The notes beneath the pieces were generated by a model, which was given only the letters and a program-made list of their open reading frames with translations, had not been told where the DNA came from and made no database searches. Shown piece after piece: positions 13,866 through 26,796 of a stretch of 64,000 nt of DNA (its first letter is position 1; each line of letters begins with the position of its first letter). The stretch is from NCBI GenBank assembly GCA_038087875.1, contig JAXLNO010000569.1:1-64000 (forward strand), written 5' to 3'. This DNA comes from Malacoraja senta. Taxonomy: Eukaryota. The translations under genes were made by a program, and so were the position numbers.

Positions 13866-14299
13866 AATGCCGGTGTCACACAGTACCGGAGTCGCAGGTT
13901 CAATATCAACCCTCCCGTGCTTTATGGGCAATGTTTCATCGTTCGTCCTCCGACTCCACGCTAATCTTGGCTATGCGCATATTTCCTCCCACATGTAGTT
14001 GACCTGCCTATTAATGGTTTCTGTAACTACTGTCCATGGGACAGTGTAGATGGATGCTACAATCTGGAGACAGTTCATAAGAATATGGGCAGTATTAAAA
14101 GCTGTGAACGTAATACACATTAGTGTTTGATGAGGTGCGTGGACACCGTGGTCCAAAGGCTATAGTCTCTGAACGTGGTCTGGGCTAAAGGTCATTTGGT
14201 CAATCAAGTTTGAAGTTTGAAAACATTCCAATCAGACAATGTCCCTCAGATACTTTTGTGAGGTCCTTATGTTAGTAATATCTCTTCTCCCTCTCACAG

Positions 14300-15159
14300 T
14301 GAACTTGTTGGCGATTGTGATTCTCTGTCGAGGTAAATGCGGTCTCTCCAAATGCATCACTCTCTACCTGGTGGCCATGGCAGCTTCTGATCTCCTGGTC
14401 GGCATCACCGATCCGTTTCTCCGTCAGACTATTCTAATTTGCTTCCCGTATTCTTTGCTGAACATTACTCCCGTGTGCACGACTATCCATTTCCTGGTCT
14501 TTGCATCCACCGCGGTCTCTGTCTGGCTGACGGTCGCCTTCACCCTCGATCGGTTTGTGGCCATTTGTTGTGAGAAGCTGAAAACTAGATATTGCACTGA
14601 GAGAACGGCGGCTGTGATTATCGGAGCAGTGGGTGTGCTGGGCTGTTTAGAGAACGTCCCCCAGTGTTTTACGATAGATCCTGGCTACGTGTTTGATAAT
14701 CTTCCCTGGGGTTGCAACGCCAAACCCACCTTCTATACGTCGTCTGCATGGATCGCATATAATGTCACACACAGCGTCCTCACCCCTTGTATCCCGTTCT
14801 TTCTGATCCTTCTGCTCAATGTGCTGACGGTCAGGCGGATTGTAGCGGCCAGCAGAGTCCGCAGGGGGCTCCGGGGTAAAAGCAATGGAGAGAATGACAA
14901 GGACCCGGAGATGGAGAACCGCAGGAAATCCATCGTTTTACTCTTCAGTATCACGGGCACTTTCGTCCTGCTGTGGGCAACACAGGCCATATTTTACATC
15001 TTTACGAGTATTGCGAAGGTGCGAGTTGACTACACCCCCACCCGTTATTACTACATCACAATGGTCACGTCGGGCTTCTTACAGCTGCTCAGTACCTGCA
15101 CCAACACGTGTATTTACGTGGTGACCCAGAGTAAATTCAGGGCTGATGAACGCGGTTAA
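14300..15159 (+). CDS. GPR139/142-like GPCR copy 1, exon 2 (309 aa spliced; C-tail frameshifted)
   Basis: Polypyrimidine tract + cacag acceptor; 7TM pattern with LVAMAASD (TM2), PVC and DRF (TM3), WGC (ECL2), NTCIY (TM7); 5-bp deletion relative to copy 3 after KFRA gives DERG*. Confidence 0.85.
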
Positions 15160-15493
15160 ATTCCCAGTGAGTGCAATTCGTGCACTTGTACGTCCGTGAC
15201 CCTCTGATCCACGCCGATAGTTCAACGTGCATTTGCTCCCATGAGTGTTTGTCCTCCCAATATTCGCATTCAACTGCTCAGAATCACCACTACGCACACA
15301 CTCACACGGAACAGCTTGCAATGGCCATTTGAACCATCACTCGTAGAAGTTATAGAATCATACATCACTGAATTTGTCACTTTGGCTCAATTCGTCTCTG
15401 CTAACCGAGATGCGCCGTCAACGCGAGTCCGATTTCCCGCGATTCCCCGACATTCATTTTAACCTTTCCTATAAATGCACCCGTCCAATCACC

Positions 15494-15892
15494 CTAACGG
15501 GCTTGCCCCCTCCTGTATTAAAAATCTTCTAACCCACCATTCTACCTCCAGGTCCCTCAGGTCGGCCGACTTAGGGCAACTGACTATCTCGCGGTCTAGG
15601 TTTAAGCTCAGGGGCGACCGCGCTTTTGCGGTTGCAGCACCTAGACTGTGGAACAGCAACCCTCTCCTCATCTGAACTGCCCCCTCTATCGACTTCTTTA
15701 AATCGAGGCTCAAAACTATTTCTACACAATAGCGTTTTGAGGCCCTCTAAGGGAGCGCTGTAAACAGTTTGTGTATGTATTGTTAGCTCTATGTACCACT
15801 GTATGTAGCACATTAGTATCTGCACTGGTCTACAGCACTTTGGTCAACGTGAGATGTTTTTAAATGAGCTATACAAATAAAATTGACTGACT
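15494..15892 (+). mobile_element. L2 LINE 3' fragment downstream of GPCR
   Basis: NGLAPS...RSLRSAD...GDRAFAVAAPRLWNS; equivalents at ~32612-33024 and 48580-48935. Confidence 0.85.
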
Positions 15893-16476
15893 GGTCTTTT
15901 AAATATCGCGACTGTTTCACTCCAGCACGTCTGCAGGATGCGGGACTTAACCTGAGAAGCGGGGGGAATCCTCGCCGTCAGTAGGATAACATGATCCGAT
16001 AAGTTAATTCATAAATTAATCCAGTGTGGATAAGAGCTAATTACAAGCGCATCATCGGGACCAATTTTTTGGAATTTCGTTTTGAATGGGAAGTGGCGAA
16101 AGAATGTAAAACCGGATGGTGTACTGTACCTTAGTGATATTCTGATCTGCTGACTGTCATTGGCTCGCAGGCAACACAACAGGGCAAGAACCAGAAGCTC
16201 AAAGTAAATAGCCGTGTGCACCGTCATTTGAAAGTTCACCGTCGAAATTGACAGACACTGTTTTGGGCTTGTCTCCGCTTTGTCTTATCGAGTCCACACA
16301 CAAGATTAGAAGTCGTTCAGCCAGAGCTGGACACACTTCTCGGCATCTGCACAATGGTGTCTGTCTTGTCGCTTCTTGTGCTTCTTGTGCGTGGTGGTGG
16401 AAAGGTTGGTGGAAACAGGGGCCGTGATGTGAACGCTCTTTCCTTGAGCCCTTGTCTCCGCCAAGAGAGAGCGACA

Positions 16477-16827
16477 GGAGAAGCATGACCCCCTGTCCCA
16501 CTGTACGAAGTAATTCAAGAGTTCTCCCGAGTTTTCCCCTGTTTCGAACTCGGAGAATGTCCGTAGCGGGTCCGTAGGAGTTCGTGGATGTCACGTAGCG
16601 GCTCGTTATGCCAACGGTAGGTTCTCTGGAATTCCGGTAAACTCGTGACGTTTTTTCAACACTGTGAAAAATGGCCACGAGTAAAAAAAATACTCGCACG
16701 AATCGCTACGAGACATCCACGAACTTCTACCGACCCGATGCGGACATTCTCCGAGTTCGAATCAGGGGAAAACTCGGGAGAACTCTTGAATTACTTCGTA
16801 CAGTGGGACAGGGGGTCATGCTTCTCC
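16477..16827. mobile_element. MITE with long terminal inverted repeats (Harbinger-like ends)
   Basis: ~130-bp inverted arms beginning CCCTGTCCCACTGTACGA / TCGTACAGTGGGACAGGG; related pieces at ~33620-34260 and ~48960-49172. Confidence 0.65.
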
Positions 16828-16830
16828 AAA

Positions 16831-19800
16831 GGAGCAGAGGAGGAGACCAAAAAAAGCAGAGATTCAGCTGCGTGCGGCTGAGGAGGAAACCAAGAGGGTA
16901 ATGTTGAGGCTGCGGGAGAAGGAATTGGATACCTCCCAGGTTTCTTCTAGGGAACGGGAGTTTGATATGAGCAAGAATATCCGCCTGGTTCCCCCCTTTA
17001 GTGAGAAGGATGTGGACAGGTTTTTCACAGTGTTTGAACGGGTGGCTTTGTCCTTGAAGTGGCCTAGGGACGTGTGGACCTTGCTATTGCAGTGTGTCCT
17101 AGTGGGTAAAGCACGGGAGGTGTCCTCGTCTTTGTCTGGTGAAAGCAGTCTGAACTATGAGTGTGTGAAGTCTACAGTATTAAGGGCTTATGAATTAGTT
17201 CCAGAGGCGTACCGGCAGAAATTCCAGCGCTTTAGGAAGTTTGATAGTCAGACGTATGTGGAGTTTGCTAGGGAGAAGGAGGCACTTTTTGACAGGTGGT
17301 GTGCTTCTCAAGAAGTGAAGGATATTGGGCAACTGCGGGCCTTGATTATTATGGAAGACTTTAAGAACTGTCTCCCGGAGAGAGTTACTAATTACCTTAA
17401 TGAGCAGAAGGTGAATGAGGTGTCTAAATCCGCGGTGTTGGCAGATGAGTATGTATTGACTCATAAAACTGATTTTGTTGGGCGCTCCTATAGTTTTGGT
17501 GCACGGCCGGTTGATCGTGGTGGTGTCGCCGGTGGCAGTGTCAAATGTGTTTCTGTGCCTGCAAGTGGCAGCACGTTGATACAGGGGGAGGTCCGAGCTG
17601 ATAAGGTTGACGGAAATTTGAGGACTAACGAAGGACCTGTGTGCTACTACTGTAAAGGCAGAGGGCACATGTTAAAGGCGTGTCCCGTTCTGAAGCAGAA
17701 AAATGCAAAGCCTGTGGCTTTGGTGGGTACACAAAGGGCACCTGTGGTACCCGAGATGCCTGAGTCTGATGAGTGTAGGGATTATTCTGCGTTCATCATG
17801 AAGGGTTTTGTTTCTCTGGAGGATGGGGCCGATAGAGTTCCAGTATCCATCTTGCGAGATACTGGTGCTGCTCAGTCCTTTATATTGGAGAGTGTACTGC
17901 CGTTTTCTGGGGAATCATCGGTTGGGTCAAGTGTCCCTGTGGTAGGATTCGGGATGGAAGACATGGTAGTGCCTTTGCATACCGTGAGTCTCGAGTCCGA
18001 GTTGGTTTCAGGCCGGGTAACTGTTGGGTTACGGCCGTGTTTTCCCGTTGAGGGAGTTTCAGTAATATTGGGGAATGACTTGGCAGGAGGTAGAGTTTTA
18101 GTTACTCCTGAGGTGACGGCTGTTCCGATGGTGCAGAGTCCTGATAGATTGGCTATTCAGCATCCGAAAGTCTTCGCAGCTTGTGCTGTCACGAGGGCTA
18201 TGGCTAAGAGCCAGGCGAAGTTTGAGGATGTAGTGGACCTACGTGAGAACATTTTGGGGGATCAGGATGAGGGATCCTGTGTTGTGACGGGTGTTTCTAC
18301 ATCTCAAGATGGGATAGTGTCTGGAAATGGGCCGGTGTCGCTGTCACGTGACCGGCTGATTGAGGAGCAAAAGAGGGATCCAGGGTTATCTGATCTGTTC
18401 TACTGCGCGGTGCCTGAGGGGGATATGGATTCCACAGCAAAAGGGTATTTTCTAAGGGAGGCTTACTGATGCGAAGGTGGTCTCCCTTGGATATGTCTGG
18501 GCATGATGATTGGAGCGTGGTTGATCGGATTGTGATACCTCGTCGGTATAGGGCCGAGATACTCGGTTTGGCTCATGATGGTCCTCTGGGTGGACATTTG
18601 GGGGTCAATAAGACGGATTTTTTTTGGCCAGGGTTGAAAAAGGACGTGAAACAACAATGCAGGTGTTGTCAGATTTGCCAGGTGGCAGGAAAGCCGAACC
18701 AATCGATTGTTCCTGCGCCTTTATATCCAATCGCTGTGGTCGGTGAGCCGTTTGACCGGATTTAATTGATTGTGTGGGTCCTCTACCTCGGACAAATGTG
18801 GGCAACAAGTTTTTATTGACAATTATGTGTACGTCTACCCGCTTTCCGGAGGTGGTCCCTTTGCGTGGTATTACTGCCCCTATCATAGTGAAGTCTAACA
18901 CTAAGTTTTTTTCGTTGTTCGGTTTGCCCAAGGTGGTGCAGAGTGACCAAGGTTCCAACTTCATGTCGAAAGTTTTTGGTCAGGTAATGAAGTTGTTAAA
19001 TATTAAGCATTGTTACTCCAGTGCGTATCACCCTGAGAGCCAGGGAGCTCTCGAGAGATTTCACCAGACTTTGAAATCTATGTTGAGGACATACTGCTTG
19101 GAGTTTGAAAAGGACTAGGGTGAGGGGGTTCAGCTAGTAATGTTTGGGGTGCGTGAGGTCGTGCAGGAGTCTTTAGGGTTCAGTCCTGCTGACCTGGTGT
19201 TCGCGCATACTGTACGTAGTCCGTTGAAGGTCCTAAAGGAGAAATGGTTGCGGGAGGATACAAAACGTAGTGTTTTAGACCACGTCTGTACCTTTCGGTC
19301 TAGACTGAAGAGGGCATGCGAACTGGCAATGGCTAATCTTGCTTCTGCTCAGTCTAGGATGAAGGGGTGGTTCGACAGGAAGGCTTCGAGTAGGAATTTT
19401 TCTCCAGGTGTTAAAGTCCTGGTGTTGTTGCTTATTCCTGGTTCCAGTCTGCAGGCTCGGTATAGCGGTCCCTATCAGGTGGTTAAGAAGGTTGGTGAAA
19501 GCGATTATGTTATTGGTACCCCTGATCGAAGCGTAAGACTCAGCTCTGTCATGTCAACATGATGAAGCAGTACCATGAGCAGGAGCCTGTGGAGGTTGAT
19601 GGGGAGGTGCTGTGTCCTTCGGTTTCGTCTAAGCCTGTTTTGGCTGCAGTGGTGCTGCCCCCGGACACGGGTGGTGATGTGGGAGAGGCACGGTTGTCTG
19701 TGGCAGTGACGCAGGGAACGTTGTATAACTCTGAGGCTTTGGAGTCGCTTCCCTTGCGTTTATCTCATTTGACTGAAAGTCAGCGGGGTGATCTGCTTTG

Positions 19801-21790
19801 TTTGGTGAAGTCAAATGGGTCACTGTTCTCGGATGTGCCTTCTCAGACGTCTGTGTTGCAGCATGACATTGACGTGGCCGGTGCTGCGCCAATTAATCAT
19901 CATCCTATCGGATCAACCCTGACAGGCGTCTTCGTCTAGGGAGTCAGGTTGACTATATGCTGCGGCATGGCATTGCTGAACCAAGTTGTAGTCCGTGGAG
20001 TTCTCCGTGTCTACTGCCTACGAAGGCTAATGGGGAGGACAGGTTTTGCACGGACTTTCGCAAAGTGAATGGTGTAACTAAGCCGGATTGCTATCCTCTC
20101 CCACGAATGGAGGATTGCGTGGATCGTGTGGGAAGTGCATCTTTTGTGTCTAAGTTGGACTTGTTAAAAGGGTATTGGCAAGTTCCTTTGACTAGGCGGG
20201 CGATGTAGATCTCTGCGTTCGTTACGCCTGATAACTTTCTTCAGTACACAGTAATGGAATTTGGGATGCGCAATGCGCCGGCAACCTTCCAAAGGTTAGT
20301 GAACATTGTATTGTCTGGTTTGTCCTTCTGTGAGGCATACCTTGATGATTTGGTTGTGTGCTCCAGGTCGTGGATCGAACACATCGGTCATCTGAAGGAG
20401 GTATTTCATCGTCTAGTGGATGCAAAACCAACGATCAATCTGGGGAAGTGTGAGTTTGGCCAGGCCACGGTAACGTATCTGGGTAAGGTGGTGGGCCGGG
20501 GTCAGGTTCGCACTCTCAAGGAAAAGGTGGAGCATATTGTCGCATTACCTGCTCCAACCTCGAGGACTGAACTCCGTAGGTATCTGGCTATGGTTGGGTA
20601 CTATAGAGGATTCTGTCTAAACTTCTCTGCGGTGGCTGCCCCTTTGACGGATTTGCTGAGTCCGAAGGTAGCTTTTGTGTGGTCCGCAGAGTGTCAACAA
20701 GCCTTTGATCATACGAAAAGTCTTCTGGTGCGCGCACTTGTGCTTGCGGCACCTGATTTTGATCGTCCATTTACACTGGCGGTGGATGCTAGTGATCGTG
20801 GGGTTGGGGGAGTTCCGCTGCATGATGATTCAGATGGGGTGGACCATCCAGTTTCGTACTTCTCTAAGAAGTTCAATCGTCATCAGAAGTGGTACTCCAC
20901 CATTGATAAAGAAGCCCTTGCTATTTTAATGTCTCTGAATCATTTCGAGGTTTATGTTGGCTCCTCGAATGTCCCTGTCGTCGTACTCACGGATCATAAT
21001 CCGTTGGTATTTTTGAACAGTATGAAGAATAAGAACCGGCGGTTAATGAGCTGGAGTTTGCAGCTGCAAGACTACAACCTGGACGTCAGGCGTATCCGTG
21101 GCAAGGATAATGTCTTGGCTGACGCCTTGTCGCGCCAGTGGAGTTTAGCTCCTGAATAGGTTCTGGGATTTGGTGGTGTTTTTTCTCTCTTCTTCCGAAA
21201 CGTATTCAGTATCTTTGGGTGGGGGTGCTGGCGCTTCCCCCCCTGGTGAATGCTATGTATTAACCTTTCTCTGTTTCCTTCCCGAGTGCATGCCTCGTGG
21301 CTGTGAGTCTGGCATCAAAGGGTTAAAAGGCTCCTGTACCCGATTGGCCAAGCTACGTCACGTGACGGGTGACTCATCTGAAGGATAAATACCAGAGTTC
21401 CCAGAATTCCTTCTCTTCTTCGACGACCCTGCCTTGGGAGCTGACTGTTGGTGTGAGCTGTGGAAGGCCTGGCCACATGGCATGGAACTGTGTATTTTCA
21501 CCATTACTTAGCAACAACTATTGAATTGGGACGGACAAGGGTTGTCCTTAGAGGTTTTCGTGTATTTTGTTTCAGGTTGATATTTTTTTAGGCAGGTTTA
21601 GAGTATCTGGTTCGACGGTCTGGCTGGAGCACCTTTAAATTGTTTGTTAGTCCATTCATATCTTTGTCTGGGTTGTTTGAATCAGGTTAGGGTTTTGTGT
21701 TATTGACTAATTAAAACTATTTTTGAACTTGAACCTGGTTTTGAGTTATGTTACGCGGCGCTGAAGTACCTGCATTCGGGAGTCGTATCA
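16831..21790 (+). mobile_element. Gypsy LTR retrotransposon, Gmr1-like (gag-PR-INT-RT-RNaseH), 5'-truncated and degenerate
   Basis: Gag PEAYRQKF and zinc knuckle CYYCKGRGHMLKAC; protease LRDTGA; integrase HHCC, SDQGSNF, YHPESQGALERFH and GPY; then RT (NAPATFQR, YLDD) and RNase H (VDAS, TDHNPL, ADALSR); multiple stops and frameshifts. Confidence 0.92.
21226..21790 (+). repeat. Probable 3' LTR of the Gypsy element
   Basis: Follows purine-rich GGGTGGGGG; starts TG, ends CGTATCA; no 5' LTR to compare, so boundaries are approximate. Confidence 0.55.
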
Positions 21791-21925
21791 ATGTGAGTGG
21801 GGGGGGGGGTTAGTGTGTGAGTGTGGGGAGGGGGGGTTGGTTAGTGTGTGTGTGACGCAGCAGGCCGCCCCCTGCCGCAACAGGGCGTTGAGAGGACAGG
21901 ACCCAACGGGTCCCACTTGCTCTAG
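21791..21925 (+). mobile_element. Helitron 3' terminus remnant
   Basis: Hairpin GGACCCAACGGGTCC (21899-21913) followed by CTAG (21922-21925) and T. Confidence 0.65.
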
Positions 21926-21926
21926 T

Positions 21927-24900
21927 GAAAGCTTAAAATGTGAATAACTCTTAAAATTATAACAACAATTTAAATGTTAAAGATGAGATTTATTCAGTTC
22001 AGTTCTTTCTTGTTGTATCTCTTGATGGCTACTGCTGCTCACTGCGTCTCGAATTCGCTTTGCTGTTGATGGAAATAAAGACACAACATTTTAATATAGA
22101 GCCATTAATAAGTGGTTAAACTTTAACGTAGAAAATCTGAGAATTTACCTCAGAAGTCATCGTTCAACCAAGGACGCGTTTAATGACAACACTCTTGCTC
22201 GATGTTCCATCATTCAGAAAAAAAAGTTGACATTTTTCTTCACCTTTCCTCGGTTAAGGGCCACATATAGTTGTCCATGTTGAAGTACCGATTTATCAAG
22301 GGATATCAACACTTTCTCCATGGTTTGGCCTTGTGCTCTATGGATCGTCATAGCAAAACTTGACTGCAGCGGGAATGTCTTCGCCTTCTGTCAAATTGAG
22401 CGTTATCCTAGGAATGAGAACAAGGTCATCATTGAAGGCTCCCATGTTGATTCTTGCAACGATCAGGTTATTGTGTAGCTCTTCCACAATCATCCTCATT
22501 CCATTGCATAGCTTTAGGGGTTCCAGGTTTCTCATTAACGTGATCGGAGATCCTTTATTCAATTCCAATTTGGGGTGATAAAGCATAGATGTCGAGTGAA
22601 TCAAGGAAAGCTGTTGGGAAGCATTCGTTCCCTCAATCAAGTCAAGTCAAGTCACATTTATTTATATAGCACATTTAAAAACAACTCTCGTTGGTCAAAG
22701 TACTTTACATTTGTTATAAGAATAATATAACCAAACAAACAACATACATATATACATATAGCCCTCGCTCAGAGGACGTCAAGAAAGGCTTGGGAGTATA
22801 GATACGTTTTTAGTCTTGACTTAAAGGAGTCGATGGAGGGGGCAGTTCTGATGGTAAGGGTGATGCTGTTCCACAGTCTAGGAGCTGCAACCGCAAAGGC
22901 GCGGTCTCCCCTGAGCATATGCCTCGACCGCGGGATATTCAGCAACCCCAAGTCGGCCGATCTGAGGGACGTGGAGGTGGAGTGGTGGGTGAGAAGACTT
23001 TTAATGTAGGTGGGGGCAAGCCCATTGAGGGCTTTGTAGAGATAGAGGAGGATCTTGAAATGTATACGGAACCGCACAGGGAGCCAGTGGAGAGAGGCCA
23101 GTATCGGGGTGATGTGGTCCCTTTTTCGGGTGCCTGTCAGGAGTCTCGCTGCGGCGTTTTGGACCAGTTGCAGGCGGAACAGGGAAGATTTGCTGATGCC
23201 AGTGTAAAGGGAGTTGCAGTAATCTAGGACGGAGGAGATAAATGTGTGGATGATCTTTTCGAGGTCATCAAAGTGTGGGAATTTTATATTTTAGCTATCG
23301 TCCGAAGCTGAAAGAAGCTAGCTTTTAACACGGCTTTGACTTGTTTGTAAAATTTCAGTGCTGAGTCAAATATCACGCCAAGGTTTTTGACGTGAGGTTT
23401 GAGTAGTGGGGTAAGGCTTCCAAGGCTGCCAAGGATTGGACACGCTGGAGGCAGGAAATATGTTCCCGATTTTGGGGGAGTCCAGAACCAGGGGGCACAG
23501 TTTGAGAATAAGGGGGGAATCTTTTAGGACCGAGATGAGGCTTCCAAGTGACATCATTGATAGAAAAGTACTCCTTAATAATTCCAGGGAAGCATCTGAT
23601 AGATGGAGAATTGATGCTTCTCATCGTATCGTTGTGCGGAACCAAGATACAATTGTCGGAGAATAATTCTACAGGATTGTCAAATGCGGGATAGATAAAA
23701 TCAATACAATGTTTTTGCTGATAGAACCATGTCTTCTGGCATTACAATTTCATCGCCTTCATTCTTTCAAATCTCGTCTTCTCCAACTTTCAACACAAAT
23801 GAGAATAGTCGCATTTTCCCTCTCTCAATCGCATATTCGTCTGTAATTGAAACTAGGTAGCGCTGCCGTGACCTACCGCTGCCGTGGCCAACCGCTACCG
23901 CTGCCGTGGCCTTCCGCTGCCTGCCGATGCCGTGACCTACCGCTGCCGTGGCCAACCGCTACCGCTGCCATGGCCTGCCGCTGCCATGGCCTTCCGCTAC
24001 GTGCCGCTGCATTGGCCTGCCGCTGCCATGGCCTTCCGCTACCTGCCGCTGCCGTGGCCTTCCGCTACCGCTCCCCACCGGCTACAGGAGGGGGCCTGTA
24101 GGGTGCATCCTGCAGCTGGGGACACGGACGGCTTCAGGCGGGGGCCGGTGGGGTGGAGTGGGGAAAGTGTCCTGCAGCTGGGGACGGGGACGGCTTCAGG
24201 CGGGGGCTGTTGGGAGCGTCCTGTCTCTGGAGGAAGGGGACAGCTTCATTTGGGGGGCAGCGGGAGCGTCCTGTAACCGGGGACGAGGACGGCTTCAGTC
24301 GGGGGCTCTCAGGGGCCGGTTAGGGGGTGGGGGGTGCGAGCGACCTGCAGCCGGGGGATTGGAACGGCTTCTGGAGGGGGCTAACGGGCGGGAGCGTCCA
24401 ACAGCTGGGGGAGTGGCACGGCTTCAGGCGGCGGCTGTCTGGGGCAGTTGGGTGGGGGTAGGGCTTCAGACGGGGGCTGTCGCAGCCGGTGGCGGAGAGG
24501 GGAACATCCGGCAACCGGGAGGGGGGGACGGCTTCAGGCGGGGGCTGCCTTGGCCGGTTGGGGGGGAGGATCTTGCAGCAGGGGGACGGGGACGGCTTCA
24601 GGCGGGGTTTGTCGCGACCGGTTGGCGGGGGGGGGGTCTTGAAGCAGGGGGACAGGGACAACTTCAGGTGTGAGCCTTCAGGCGGGGGTTGTCGGGGCCA
24701 GTGGGGGGGGGCGAGCATCCTGCAGCTGGGGGAGGGGGACAGCTTCAGGTGTGAGCCTTCGGGGGCCAGCGTGAGCTTCCTACAGCCGGCGAGGGGAGCA
24801 GCTTCAGGCGGAGGCTGTCGGGGCCGGTGGTGGTGGTGGGGCGTGCAACCTGCAGCCGGGGGAGGAGGTCGGGATGGGGCGCCTGCATCAGTGGATGGGG

Positions 24901-26078
24901 GACGGCTTCAGGAGGGGGCTGTCGGCGGCGGGGTGGAACGTCCTACAGCCGTGGGTGGGGAACGGCTTCAGGCGGGGGCTGGCAGTTGAGGGGGCGGCAG
25001 CGCCATATACCCGGGGAGGGAGACGGCTTCAGGCAGGGTCTGTCGGTGAACAGTGGGGGGAGAGCGTCCGGCAGCCGGGGGAGGGGAATGGCTTCAGGCG
25101 GGGGCCAGAGTGGGGGGGGTTCTGGATGGCTGGTATAGGTGTTGTGGGTCGTAGGGACTGGTTTCCGGAGGGCTAGTACAGGCATTGTGGTCCGAATGGA
25201 CTTTTCTTGGGCAAGTCCTGCAGCAGGGGACGGGGAGGGTGACGGCTTCAGGTGGGGGCCGGAGGAGGCGGCGCTGCCGTAGCCTACGTTTGGGGAGGGG
25301 GGTGTGCGAGGGGAGGGAATGTGTGGGTGTGTGTGAGGCGGTGGTGTGCCCCGGCCAGCGCCCGGCCCCCGCCAGCGCCAGGTTCCCTCAATCCCCCCAC
25401 ACTCACTCCTTACTTCCGCAGGATCTCGAGGTTGCAGCAGTCGGCCAGGCTCCGCACGGCTCCCAACTCCGGGCCGCCTCCGGAATTCCCAGACTCGGGG
25501 CGGCTCCTAGGCTTCCCGGCGGCTGCGGGGCTCACCGGCTTCGGGACGGCTCCGGCCTCACCGACTTCGGGACGACTTCGGGACGGCTTTGGGGCGGCTT
25601 CGGTGCTCACCGGCTTCGGGACGGCTCCGGCCTCACCGACTTCGGGACGGCTTCGGGACGTGTTCGGGACGTCTTCGGGGCTCACTGACTTCGGGGCGGC
25701 TTCGGGGCGGGGCAGGACGGCGGAAGGACGCATTCGGGTCGGATTCGGGACGGCCGCGGGGCTCACGGCGGCCCACGGACTCAGCCCGGCCTCCGTTGCT
25801 TTATTCTCCTCGCCCCGGTGATTGACAGCGGGTGCCGGAAGGGGCTTGGTCGATTGACAAGAGAGAAGACCAATCTGATGATCTTACGATTTTTAAACCT
25901 TCGTAACTTGTGTAATATTCCACCGGTCGGAAGAAACATTACTGCGCTTGTAGCACAGGGGTACGGCGAGCGAGGCGGGGAGGGATGGAATCGTAGCGCT
26001 ATCGGGGACCGTCTTTGCGCAAATATAAATACAGCGCAATCCGGAAGAGGACAAGATGAGCTTTAGTTAAGTATCGAA
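21927..26078 (-). mobile_element. Helitron-derived segment with Pif1-helicase remnant and GC-rich minisatellites (unit 2)
   Basis: LMRNLEPLKLCNGMR, LIPRITL and, after a frameshift, FAMTIHRAQGQT...HGQLYVAL at ~22250-22600; interrupted by an L2. Confidence 0.75.
22637..23430 (-). mobile_element. L2 LINE fragment inserted in Helitron segment
   Basis: RFRIHFKILL...NGLAP...RSLRS-like...APRLWNS; (TCAAG)n tail. Confidence 0.88.

Positions 26079-26796
<718 letters not shown>

Noticed and set aside
14239..14299. ORF-track start MSLRYFCEVLMLVISLLPLT as the receptor N-terminus
   Set aside because: Overlaps the polypyrimidine tract and acceptor; the upstream exon gives a better TM1
22250..22640. Host PIF1 helicase gene
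   Set aside because: Frameshifted, intronless fragment repeated in several units and interrupted by L2; fits a Helitron relic
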